Below are positions 20,971 through 29,267 of a stretch of DNA of 64,000 nt, one piece after another. How positions within the stretch are numbered: the stretch's first letter is position 1; the number at the start of each line of letters is the position of its first letter. Source of the DNA: Escherichia phage vB_EcoM_ESCO47; sequence record OM386662.1. One strand, given 5' to 3'. Below the pieces are notes generated by a model. The model made no database searches and was not told the origin of the DNA. It saw only the letters and a program-made list of their open reading frames with translations. Position numbers and translations under genes: made by a program.

Positions 20971-20989
20971 ACTACAGAGGAGAAACAAA

Positions 20990-21217
20990 ATGGCTAAAGT
21001 TAGTATTGATGTCGTTGATTATGAATACACAGAAGAAGTTATTCGCAACCGTCACCCTGAAGTTCGTATCGATTCAGTACAAGATTCCAAGTTCTGGACA
21101 ACTGAGCTTAATCTGAGTGGTCCTTATGAAGCTGTTAAGAAGTTCATGGTTGAAGAATACTGCGAAGGAATGCACCCGGAAGACGCCAAGTTTTATGTCA
21201 ATTTGATTAAAAAATAA
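20990..21217 (+). CDS. Hypothetical protein
   Basis: 75-aa ORF with GAGGAG RBS. Confidence 0.5.
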   Translation: MAKVSIDVVDYEYTEEVIRNRHPEVRIDSVQDSKFWTTELNLSGPYEAVKKFMVEEYCEGMHPEDAKFYVNLIKK

Positions 21218-21252
21218 TTTACAAACTCTTGAGAGCAGAGTATAATGCTCTC
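21218..21252 (+). promoter_or_regulatory. Sigma70-type promoter with -10 embedded in a palindrome
   Basis: TTTACA-N17-TATAAT; inverted repeat GAGAGCA / TGCTCTC brackets the -10. Confidence 0.5.
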
Positions 21253-21287
21253 ATTGGATAATAAACCACCAATTGAAAGGTAATAAT

Positions 21288-21881
21288 ATGAACACACTGA
21301 AGAAACTTGTTGAATTCATCCGCACTAAACTGGGTACTGCTATGGCTAAAAATCTTACTGTCGAAGAACAGTATAACGCAGCTGCAGATAAGTTGATTAC
21401 CCAAATCAAAGAACTAAAAACGGCTTCTGTTAAATCTATTAATGAAGAAAAACGTATTCGCGAACTTGTTAATGAAAAGAACAAGCAAGCCGCTTCTAAG
21501 GAACGTGAAATTCGTAAGCTCCTGGCTGAAGGACAGGATGTTACCATGCATGCTAAGCTTGGTCTTCTGTATCGTCGAACTGCCGAACAACTTAATACAA
21601 AAGCTGATGGGTATGCCGCTATGCGAATTGAAATTGCTCGTAAGGTGGTTGAACTTGACGATGCTCGTCAGAATCTGGCAATCAAACTCGAATACATTCG
21701 TGAAACTCGAGCAGCCAATGCCCTTGGTATCTCTACGGCTGATGATGTAATTGAAATCGCTGCACTGACTAAGGTTGATATCGAAGACACTCTGACTCGT
21801 GTTGAAACGTTCAATGGCTCTCCAGCTGGTGTCGAAACCACTTCTGCTGATGTACAAGAATATATTAACTCTTTGAAATAA
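21288..21881 (+). CDS. Hypothetical coiled-coil protein
   Basis: Start set at MNTLKK with GAAAGG RBS; long predicted helical/coiled-coil region. Confidence 0.5.
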   Translation: MNTLKKLVEFIRTKLGTAMAKNLTVEEQYNAAADKLITQIKELKTASVKSINEEKRIRELVNEKNKQAASKEREIRKLLAEGQDVTMHAKLGLLYRRTAEQLNTKADGYAAMRIEIARKVVELDDARQNLAIKLEYIRETRAANALGISTADDVIEIAALTKVDIEDTLTRVETFNGSPAGVETTSADVQEYINSLK

Positions 21882-21889
21882 AATAATAC

Positions 21890-21911
21890 GGAGGACTCCG
21901 GTCCTCCTTTT
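21890..21911 (+). terminator. Intrinsic terminator
   Basis: GGAGGAC-TCCG-GTCCTCC followed by TTTT. Confidence 0.65.
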
Positions 21912-21930
21912 GGATAATAAAGGAGTTAAC

Positions 21931-22533
21931 ATGCGAAACCAAAATAATGATATTGACTCAATGTTCGAAGAGTTCCGAGATAAGGTAAATCCACCTACGT
22001 CTTTAGTTGATTCATTACGATATGTTGCAACCGGACGTAAATGGTACTGGTCGTCTTCTTATGAGACCACCGAGAAAACGGCTAGCCATAGCAGAAAATC
22101 TTTATTAGCCCCAGGTATTATGATTCATGATATCGGAGCTATTGCTAAACTAGTTGCAGACCATGATATTAGATTCACTGATTTCGTTGCTCCTACGTGG
22201 TCTGTTTGTTGTTTAAACACTGAATGGGAATATATCAGCGAACGCTCTGAAGATTATTATGGTTTTAGAGATAAGCTTCTGAGGTCTAATATGTTTTATA
22301 TCGATACAGAAGTTCTAGTCGATAATAAAAAATATTACTTTACGTTAATCATCGATTCTGAAACTATGTATGAAGGCAAGCCTTTGCTTAAAAGAGTTGA
22401 TGCTTTAAGTGCTATTGATGCGCTTTATGAAACTATGGTTGTTAGTCCTAATTTCACTAACAATTTAATCCTTGAGCAATTTATTATGGAATGTAGAGAA
22501 TATGTCAAAGCCAACCCTGTACATGCCAATTAA
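21931..22533 (+). CDS. Hypothetical protein
   Basis: Start set at MRNQNND after AAGGAG RBS; follows terminator hairpin. Confidence 0.5.
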   Translation: MRNQNNDIDSMFEEFRDKVNPPTSLVDSLRYVATGRKWYWSSSYETTEKTASHSRKSLLAPGIMIHDIGAIAKLVADHDIRFTDFVAPTWSVCCLNTEWEYISERSEDYYGFRDKLLRSNMFYIDTEVLVDNKKYYFTLIIDSETMYEGKPLLKRVDALSAIDALYETMVVSPNFTNNLILEQFIMECREYVKANPVHAN

Positions 22534-22897
22534 GCCCTGGGCATATGAATACAAGCGTAAATTAATCCCAAATGAAGTACTATTTGGCCCTATTTTAGCT
22601 TTAGCATTTTTAATCTTTATGATTATAGGAGCCGTTTTAGATTCTAGTGAAGTTATATCGTCTGATGCAGCATTTTCATTAATGTTCGTCGCACCACTTA
22701 TTGTACCGTTTTTATTAATGCCTATTAACTGGATGGGATATTGGTACCAAGGACGTCATCACAGAGCCAGATTAAGAGAATGGAAAGTTCAGTGCGCAAA
22801 AGCCCAAGCTCAGTATGATGAAGCTGTTAAAAAATACGAATACAATGAAGCCATGGAATTCGTTAAGGAAATAAGATGCAAAAGCCTCAACTCTTAA
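22502..22897 (+). CDS. Small membrane protein, FIKECR-tail family
   Basis: Start MSKPTLYMP after conserved junction GGAATGTAGAGAATATG; two TM segments; C-terminal EFVKEIRCK. Confidence 0.45.
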   Translation: MSKPTLYMPIKPWAYEYKRKLIPNEVLFGPILALAFLIFMIIGAVLDSSEVISSDAAFSLMFVAPLIVPFLLMPINWMGYWYQGRHHRARLREWKVQCAKAQAQYDEAVKKYEYNEAMEFVKEIRCKSLNS

Positions 22898-23235
22898 CCG
22901 TATGGCCTTCTCTTGGTGAGAACATTCTAATTTTTATTATGAGTATTGGCATGGGATTTGCCTTTGGATTAGTTGGATTTCTTATTGACAGCGTTGTGTT
23001 AGGATTTATAGGGAACACTGGTGGATTCACAGACCAATGGCAGGACTTACGGTATACCCAAGCCTTTGCATCCATCGCATCATTTTGTACTGTAGTCTAT
23101 TTTTACTACGATTTTATAAACCACAACAAGAAAAATAAAAAGGTTTACGCTTCTCAAATGATTAGTTATAATGAACTCCTAGCTAGACGTGAAAATGAAA
23201 CAATCGAAAACTTTATTAAGGAATGTAGAAAATGA
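22876..23235 (+). CDS. Small membrane protein, FIKECR-tail family
   Basis: AAGGA RBS; TM segments; ends ENFIKECRK. Confidence 0.5.
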   Translation: MQKPQLLTVWPSLGENILIFIMSIGMGFAFGLVGFLIDSVVLGFIGNTGGFTDQWQDLRYTQAFASIASFCTVVYFYYDFINHNKKNKKVYASQMISYNELLARRENETIENFIKECRK

Positions 23236-23537
23236 GTAAGATTATTGAAATTAAAGTACCAGAGTTTAATGATGCCAAATCCGCTTCAGATGCAATTTAT
23301 AAACTTCTGAATCAAGCTGAACGTATCGAAGAAGAAGCAACAAAGATCGCAGACCAATATGCCGTATCATTTTCTGTAGGTGATTATGGTAGCGGTCGTA
23401 CTTATTATCCTAAGGGTGAAATCGTATCCCAGTGGATGAAAAATGAAATTGAAAATAATGGTGGCGATGTTAAGCGTGAAGGTAATGGTTACGTTATTAC
23501 TGAAGGTGCTTGGGTTTCGTCTTCTGCGTTGTGCTAA
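23232..23537 (+). CDS. Hypothetical protein, GWVSSSxxC-tail paralog 1
   Basis: ATGA coupling; C-terminus GAWVSSSALC shared with the next two genes. Confidence 0.5.
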   Translation: MSKIIEIKVPEFNDAKSASDAIYKLLNQAERIEEEATKIADQYAVSFSVGDYGSGRTYYPKGEIVSQWMKNEIENNGGDVKREGNGYVITEGAWVSSSALC

Positions 23538-23546
23538 GGAATCACT

Positions 23547-23819
23547 ATGTCTAAAGAACAAACCGAACTGGCTGAAGCTGTAGCAAAAATCTATGCATCT
23601 ATTGAGGCAGCCAAAGAAATTGCTGATAAACAAAACACCACGTTTAATTTGTATCCGGCATATGGTATGGGCGGAACCTATCATTCACCAGGTTATCTTA
23701 AAGCCGACCTTGAACATCATACTAAACATGGTAACCCTGAATGGGCTGACGTTTACCAATATGACTACAACCTGAGCCTTGAAGATGGCGGTTGGGTTGC
23801 ATCTTCTCACACTTGCTAA
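23547..23819 (+). CDS. Hypothetical protein, GWVSSSxxC-tail paralog 2
   Basis: AAGGA RBS; C-terminus GGWVASSHTC. Confidence 0.5.
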   Translation: MSKEQTELAEAVAKIYASIEAAKEIADKQNTTFNLYPAYGMGGTYHSPGYLKADLEHHTKHGNPEWADVYQYDYNLSLEDGGWVASSHTC

Positions 23820-23828
23820 GGAAACCAT

Positions 23829-24026
23829 ATGTCTCGTGAATTAGATTGTGCTGTACGTACGGCAGTAGCTGCTCTGGAAAACCTGTTCCAAATTGCAACA
23901 GAAGAACGCGAAGAAGTTACATTATGGATTGAAGATAACGCAGGTCTGAATCTCCAGGACGCGATTTCATTATCCCACAATAGTATTACTGTTCAAGGCT
24001 GGGTATCATCTAGTTATTCTTGCTAA
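23829..24026 (+). CDS. Hypothetical protein, GWVSSSxxC-tail paralog 3
   Basis: AAGGA RBS; C-terminus QGWVSSSYSC. Confidence 0.5.
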   Translation: MSRELDCAVRTAVAALENLFQIATEEREEVTLWIEDNAGLNLQDAISLSHNSITVQGWVSSSYSC

Positions 24027-24030
24027 AACA

Positions 24031-24072
24031 GTTTACAACAAGATAGGGCTATGTTATAGTAGTCCTATCAAA
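24031..24072 (+). promoter_or_regulatory. T4-type early promoter
   Basis: GTTTAC ... TGTTATAGT ... CCTATCAA. Confidence 0.55.
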
Positions 24073-24088
24073 TTAAATGGAGTCCACA

Positions 24089-24328
24089 ATGATTTATTAC
24101 GAAAGTATCGGAACCGAAGTAGTTGCTAAAACTATTACTCGTGAAAAGTTTGCAAAGATATTCGATATGCGTTATAAAAAATCTGAACACAAAGGCATCC
24201 GATTCAAAGATGCGCACTGTACAATTTGCCCTTATAATGAAGACATAAATGGTACAATCGTTCCATTGGTAGAGGCTTCACATGATGACCTCTGGGATGA
24301 ATATAATATCGCATGTCGTGAAATTTAA
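24089..24328 (+). CDS. Hypothetical protein
   Basis: Start set at MIYYESIG after early promoter. Confidence 0.45.
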   Translation: MIYYESIGTEVVAKTITREKFAKIFDMRYKKSEHKGIRFKDAHCTICPYNEDINGTIVPLVEASHDDLWDEYNIACREI

Positions 24329-24353
24329 GTAATCTAAATTCGAGGAAATTATT

Positions 24354-25310
24354 ATGATGTTAGTTATTGGTTCTCGTGCACTTCACTATCACGGTCTTAT
24401 TGATTCTAGCGCTATTAAAAATAGTGATTGGGACTTTATTGCGGATCAAGGTTCTTGGAATGCATTCAAAAATCAAATGATGGGTGTATATGTTCACCAA
24501 GATAACCCTGATGTCCAAGTTTTCAAATGCTTCCATAATGGACGCGAAACTCATTTTGAAGCATATATTGTTCCGGCAATCACTAATGTCCGTGAATTAG
24601 TCGGTGAACTCACTCCTGAAGATTTCACGTCTTCTTATGACCTTTTAAAATACGCCAGGAAAAATTTGACTAAAGACCGTTTGAACGGGTTTTACTGGGC
24701 AACTCCTGAGATATGTCTTGCAATTAAGATGTCTCATCGTTTCAAGAAAAATAATCCATTCTTTTTAAAGACTATGAACCATATTCAGTATCTTCGTGGT
24801 AAAGGTGTTACACCGAACGATGAACTTACTGAAATTATGCTGAAACGCCAGAAAGAAACCTTGAATTATGCTCACCCAGTTCTTGACACTTCTAAAAGTG
24901 CGTTCTTTAAAGATGACATCTATACATATGACCATGATACTATTCATGAAGCCATTGCACTAACAGACCGTCCAGCGTATACATTTTATATGAAAGACGG
25001 TTCTGAAGTCATGACCTCACGCGAGAAGTTCGAATTGTTACCAGAAATGGTCAAATTGGCCGGTGTATACGAAGAATCATGTGTACTAGCATTAGAACGT
25101 TCTCAGATTCCTAATGACTTTAAAATTAACCCTGAAGCCAGTTTCATGATGGCATTGGAAAAAGTCTGTACAAGCATCACCTCCGGTTGGTTCCGTGAGT
25201 ATGCCTGGGAAAACTACAGCAAAGTAGTAAGTATGTACCAAAGCTTAGGACATGATGATTACATCAAACGTTTCAAACAAAATTTCCATATGGTAAAACC
25301 TTTCAAATAA
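24354..25310 (+). CDS. Predicted nucleotidyltransferase-fold protein
   Basis: N-terminal GSRALHYHG...SDWDFIAD fits the minimal nucleotidyltransferase GS...DxD signature; GAGGA RBS. Confidence 0.5.
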   Translation: MMLVIGSRALHYHGLIDSSAIKNSDWDFIADQGSWNAFKNQMMGVYVHQDNPDVQVFKCFHNGRETHFEAYIVPAITNVRELVGELTPEDFTSSYDLLKYARKNLTKDRLNGFYWATPEICLAIKMSHRFKKNNPFFLKTMNHIQYLRGKGVTPNDELTEIMLKRQKETLNYAHPVLDTSKSAFFKDDIYTYDHDTIHEAIALTDRPAYTFYMKDGSEVMTSREKFELLPEMVKLAGVYEESCVLALERSQIPNDFKINPEASFMMALEKVCTSITSGWFREYAWENYSKVVSMYQSLGHDDYIKRFKQNFHMVKPFK

Positions 25311-25322
25311 CTTCACAAAACT

Positions 25323-25363
25323 GTTTACAACATGATAGGACTATGTTATAGTAGTCCTATTAA
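25323..25363 (+). promoter_or_regulatory. T4-type early promoter
   Basis: GTTTAC ... TGTTATAGT ... CCTATTAA. Confidence 0.55.
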
Positions 25364-25380
25364 AACATGAGGAGAATATT

Positions 25381-25686
25381 ATGAAATTAGGCGAAACCAA
25401 CCGAATTGGCCTTTTAACAATATTTGCATCACCTTTTTACGCAGCCCTTTCTGTTGCAGTATTACAAAAGGCTTACGATATGGATGGTGTTCCTGGTTTT
25501 GTATTCTTATCACCGTTTTTATTATTCGTCGGAGCATTGTTATTATATGCAACTACCGGTTTAGACCATAATGTCTGGGTCAATTATAAATGTAAATTGT
25601 CTGAAGAAGAACACGCAGAAGCTCGTAAAAAAACTATTGAATCTACCAATCTAGAAAATTTCATTAAAGAATGTCGAGGAAAATAA
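25381..25686 (+). CDS. Small membrane protein, FIKECR-tail family
   Basis: GAGGAG RBS; TM segments; ends ENFIKECRGK. Confidence 0.5.
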   Translation: MKLGETNRIGLLTIFASPFYAALSVAVLQKAYDMDGVPGFVFLSPFLLFVGALLLYATTGLDHNVWVNYKCKLSEEEHAEARKKTIESTNLENFIKECRGK

Positions 25687-25687
25687 T

Positions 25688-26374
25688 ATGAATAGTTCTA
25701 AAGTGTTTAATAGTCAAGCTCGTGCAGTAGGTGGTTTTGCTCATGCGATTAAAAACGGCCAAATTAAAAACGAGACTATGTTCTTTAACTGCGATTTGAA
25801 TTTTGCTTTTGATAATGGCGGCCCAATTACTCGTAGCTTTATCCAAAATCTTCCTGACGATTGGAAAGACTCGGATGTAGTATTTGATTCACGAGTCCAC
25901 ATGCTGATGCCTGGTTGGTATCCTGCTATCCCAGGTTATCACCATGACGATGTACCACGCCCTGATATTCCAGTTGGTCAACACTTTATTACTGCAGGAC
26001 AACCTGACTATGACAATCCTCGCTATTTGTCTGAACATATTCTTGGACTTGTTAACGCTGATGTGTGTCCTACTCATTTTGCAACAGGAACTGCAGAGTT
26101 CAGTCAGATTCCTGATGGCGAACTTATCTATCGTCAGTGGCACAAAGAAGTCCTCGAAAAAATCGAAAAAGGTGAACTAGAGAAATGGGAAGCTCCAGAT
26201 CGTACTCTTCTTCAGTTTGATTGGCAAACATGGCACACTGGTTCTCGTGCAATTAGTAACGGATGGCGTTGGTTCGGACGTGTATCTCGTAATACAGACC
26301 GAGTTAAAAAGATTACCAATGAAATTCGTGTCAATGCTCAAGTTTATCTGGAATTCCCTATGGAAGGCTGGTAA
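25688..26374 (+). CDS. Hypothetical protein
   Basis: 228-aa ORF with GAGGA RBS; no confident domain. Confidence 0.5.
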   Translation: MNSSKVFNSQARAVGGFAHAIKNGQIKNETMFFNCDLNFAFDNGGPITRSFIQNLPDDWKDSDVVFDSRVHMLMPGWYPAIPGYHHDDVPRPDIPVGQHFITAGQPDYDNPRYLSEHILGLVNADVCPTHFATGTAEFSQIPDGELIYRQWHKEVLEKIEKGELEKWEAPDRTLLQFDWQTWHTGSRAISNGWRWFGRVSRNTDRVKKITNEIRVNAQVYLEFPMEGW

Positions 26375-26865
26375 TGATTAACAAAACATATTGGTCTAAT
26401 ATTGACGACGGCAATGAAGGTATTTCGTACTATTCAGTAGATTGGACAGGATGTCCATCCTACTTAGTGAAACGTATTTGCCAAGAATTTAAAATCAACC
26501 AGCCAGCAGGTATTATCGTGAACAGATACATTAATGGATATCAACCTATCGATGAAGTAATACGAACAACTCAAGCTGATCTTGAAAAGTTTTTCAATAA
26601 GTGCCAATGGATAACAGGATGGATTATATTTGTACCGTCGGTATGGTTTTTCAGTACTAAGGTGAGTTCTTTCGGTTTTGTTGATATTATCGCTATCTTA
26701 TTAGCATCTACTATTGTAAGTGTTGTTGGTGGCATCATTGGCGGCGGTACCGCCGCCATCATTATTAATCTTATTAAAAGTAGTTTACAAGAACATAAAG
26801 ACAAGATAAAAGCCAAGAATAATGAAGTTGAACGTTTTATTACCGAATGCAGGAATTTGAGATGA
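26374..26865 (+). CDS. Membrane protein, FIKECR-tail family
   Basis: TAATG coupling; Gly-rich TM segments; ends ERFITECRNLR. Confidence 0.5.
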   Translation: MINKTYWSNIDDGNEGISYYSVDWTGCPSYLVKRICQEFKINQPAGIIVNRYINGYQPIDEVIRTTQADLEKFFNKCQWITGWIIFVPSVWFFSTKVSSFGFVDIIAILLASTIVSVVGGIIGGGTAAIIINLIKSSLQEHKDKIKAKNNEVERFITECRNLR

Positions 26866-27098
26866 GTATAGCAATTTACATTAAGTCAGAATCATGTGAT
26901 AGTTATCTGTACACATACGATAAAGATGTGTCAGAAGAAAAAATCAAAGACGACCTTAATATGGACCTTGATATGTTCTGTCCTATTGCAGATTACAAAC
27001 TTGCGGTCTCTAATAGTGAAAGTCCATCTAAAGAAACGCGCATTGAAGAATTTATGTCCGAATTAATGGCCAAATCATGGAACAGAGATGATGAGTAA
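26862..27098 (+). CDS. Hypothetical protein
   Basis: ATGA-coupled start at MSIAIYIKSE. Confidence 0.45.
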   Translation: MSIAIYIKSESCDSYLYTYDKDVSEEKIKDDLNMDLDMFCPIADYKLAVSNSESPSKETRIEEFMSELMAKSWNRDDE

Positions 27099-27546
27099 GA
27101 AAAATAAAGTGAAAGAGCTATCAGCCGGTATTATTTTCCTTACCGAAGATAAAGAGTTATTCATGGGGCGTGTAACTGGTTCTCGTCCTAAAGGTGCATT
27201 AGCTCATCGGTGGGATATTCCTAAAGGCCGTGTCGAACCTGGCGAATCTCCTATTGAAGCCGCTATTCGTGAATGCGAAGAAGAAACTGGGTTTACACAG
27301 TATGATCCGGCCTTCCTGAAAGATCTAGGTGAACATCGATACTCAGATAATAAGAATATTCATCTGTTCTATTATACGATCCCTGTAGAGCACGAGCAAT
27401 TCAGACACAGTGTTTGTAGTGCTTATCATACATTCCCTGATGGAACTTCTATCCCAGAATTTGATGCATTTGCACTAATTAAACCGAGTCAATGGGAATA
27501 TGTAATGGGTAAATCTTTATATAAGGTGCTCACTGCCATTCTGTAA
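27088..27546 (+). CDS. nudE: Nudix hydrolase NudE
   Basis: Nudix box GESPIEAAIRECEEETGF; immediately upstream of e as in T4 (e.1). Confidence 0.85.
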   Translation: MMSKKNKVKELSAGIIFLTEDKELFMGRVTGSRPKGALAHRWDIPKGRVEPGESPIEAAIRECEEETGFTQYDPAFLKDLGEHRYSDNKNIHLFYYTIPVEHEQFRHSVCSAYHTFPDGTSIPEFDAFALIKPSQWEYVMGKSLYKVLTAIL

Positions 27547-27553
27547 TTAATAA

Positions 27554-27580
27554 ATACCTCCTATAAACGTGGGAGGTATT
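27554..27580 (+). promoter_or_regulatory. RBS-sequestering hairpin with embedded late-promoter-like box upstream of lysozyme e
   Basis: Perfect 8-bp stem ATACCTCC / GGAGGTAT; 3' arm contains the SD GGAGG; loop TATAAACGTG. Confidence 0.65.
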
Positions 27581-28075
27581 ATGAATATATTTGAAATGCT
27601 TCGTAATGACGAAGGTCTTAGACTGTCTTTATACAAAGACACTGAAGGCTTTTGGACGATTGGCATAGGCCATTTAGTAACAAAGAACCCGTCTTTAGCC
27701 GTAGCTAAAGCTGAACTTGACCGAATGATAGGTCGTAAATGCAACGGTACAATTACACTTGATGAGGCTGAAAAGCTATTTAATGAAGACGTTGATAAAG
27801 CCGTTCGCGGAATCTTGGGTAATGCTAAACTAAAACTGGTTTATGATTCTTTAGATGCGGTGAGACGTTGTGCATTAATAAATATGGTCTTCCAAATGGG
27901 TGTAGCAGGCGTCGCAGGTTTTACTAATTCTCTTCGTATGCTTCAGCAGAAACGTTGGGATGAGGCAGCAGTAAACCTTGCCCAGAGCAAGTGGTACCGT
28001 CAGACGCCTAATCGCGCAAAACGTGTGATTGCTACCTTTAAAACTGGTACATGGACCGCGTATAAAAATCTATAA
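27581..28075 (+). CDS. e: Endolysin (T4 lysozyme, gene e)
   Basis: [32 protein letters not shown]... near-identical to recalled T4 lysozyme; start set at MNIF (ORF-track start 27569 upstream). Confidence 0.95.
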   Translation: MNIFEMLRNDEGLRLSLYKDTEGFWTIGIGHLVTKNPSLAVAKAELDRMIGRKCNGTITLDEAEKLFNEDVDKAVRGILGNAKLKLVYDSLDAVRRCALINMVFQMGVAGVAGFTNSLRMLQQKRWDEAAVNLAQSKWYRQTPNRAKRVIATFKTGTWTAYKNL

Positions 28076-28079
28076 AGTT

Positions 28080-28113
28080 GTTTACTTTGTCCTGTGACCA
28101 TGATACTATATCC
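28080..28113 (+). promoter_or_regulatory. T4-type early promoter
   Basis: GTTTAC ... TGATACTAT. Confidence 0.5.
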
Positions 28114-28115
28114 AT

Positions 28116-28193
28116 AGTTACTTGAACAGACAAATCACTAATTAAAATATTTACATTTAGAACTCATATGAAAACATATAAAGAATTTATCGC
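28116..28193 (+). repeat. 78-bp direct repeat (leader and CTS codons), copy 1
   Basis: Matches 28602-28679 with one mismatch. Confidence 0.8.
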
Positions 28194-28566
28194 AGAGAAT
28201 GTAATTCCTGCATCTAAAGAACTTTTGGTGACGTTTGAATCCGAAGAGTTCACCGAAGAACTGAATGAGAACCTGACTACTGCCACACCTCAGGTTATCC
28301 GTGTTCGTAACGCCCTGCAGTCAGGCATGCCGGCCGGTGTCTCTAAGACCATGAAGTTGGCATTCACTACTTCTAATAACGAAGACTTTGGCAACGGTAT
28401 CGCTATGAACACTGGGCAGTATTATGTTGAGTGGAACGGTGAAACCGGCACGGCTAAGATTCGTCAGACACGTGCCGCTGGTGGCAAAATGCTGGACGTT
28501 AAACTAAACGTTAAAGAGAAAGACGTTGTAGCTCTGTTCAAGAACTGGATGAAATCTTACAAATAA
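28168..28566 (+). CDS. Internal head protein (IpIII-like position) with capsid targeting sequence
   Basis: N-terminus MKTYKEFIAEN; position after e as T4 ipIII. Confidence 0.65.
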   Translation: MKTYKEFIAENVIPASKELLVTFESEEFTEELNENLTTATPQVIRVRNALQSGMPAGVSKTMKLAFTTSNNEDFGNGIAMNTGQYYVEWNGETGTAKIRQTRAAGGKMLDVKLNVKEKDVVALFKNWMKSYK

Positions 28567-28600
28567 GTTTACATCTCCTAGAATTGTGATAGTATATCTA
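28567..28600 (+). promoter_or_regulatory. T4-type early promoter
   Basis: GTTTAC ... TGATAGTAT. Confidence 0.5.
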
Positions 28601-28601
28601 C

Positions 28602-28679
28602 AGTTACTTGAACAGACAAATCACTAATTAAAATATTTACATTTAGGACTCATATGAAAACATATAAAGAATTTATCGC
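28602..28679 (+). repeat. 78-bp direct repeat, copy 2
   Basis: Matches 28116-28193 with one mismatch. Confidence 0.8.
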
Positions 28680-29229
28680 TGAAGCTTCTGTAGCAAAAGC
28701 CCAAGGCATTAATAAAGACGAGTGGACTTACCGCGGAAATGGCTTTGACCCTAAAACAGCTCCTATCGAACGGTACTTAGCTACAAAGGCTTCCGACTTT
28801 AAAGCCTTCGCTTGGGAAGGACTTCGCTGGCGTAACGATCTAAATATTGAAGTTGACGGACTTAAATTTGCCCATATTCAAGATGTTGTTGCTAGTAACT
28901 TGGACGCAGCTTTTGTTAAAGCTGACGGTGACCTTCGTCGCTGGAATTTAAAACTATTCTCTAAACAGAAAGGTCCGGTGTTTGTGCCTAAAGCTGGTAA
29001 ATGGGTTATTGATAATAAATTAGCTAAGGCTGTCAACTACGCTGGTCTTGAATTCGCCAAGCATAAATCAAGATGGAAAGGTCTTGATGCAATGGACTTC
29101 CGTAAAGAATTTGCCGATGTTATGACTAAAGGCGGCTTTAAGGCAGAAATAGATACCTCTAAAGGTATGTTTAAAGACGCTAATATTCAGTACGCGTATG
29201 CTGTTGCTAATGCAGCCCGTGGTAATTAA
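28654..29229 (+). CDS. Internal head protein (IpII/IpIII-like) with capsid targeting sequence
   Basis: N-terminus MKTYKEFIAEA; 78-bp leader repeat shared with previous gene. Confidence 0.65.
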   Translation: MKTYKEFIAEASVAKAQGINKDEWTYRGNGFDPKTAPIERYLATKASDFKAFAWEGLRWRNDLNIEVDGLKFAHIQDVVASNLDAAFVKADGDLRRWNLKLFSKQKGPVFVPKAGKWVIDNKLAKAVNYAGLEFAKHKSRWKGLDAMDFRKEFADVMTKGGFKAEIDTSKGMFKDANIQYAYAVANAARGN

Positions 29230-29267
29230 TAAGGCCTATACGGCTTATTTACATTTAAAGGAAACAT

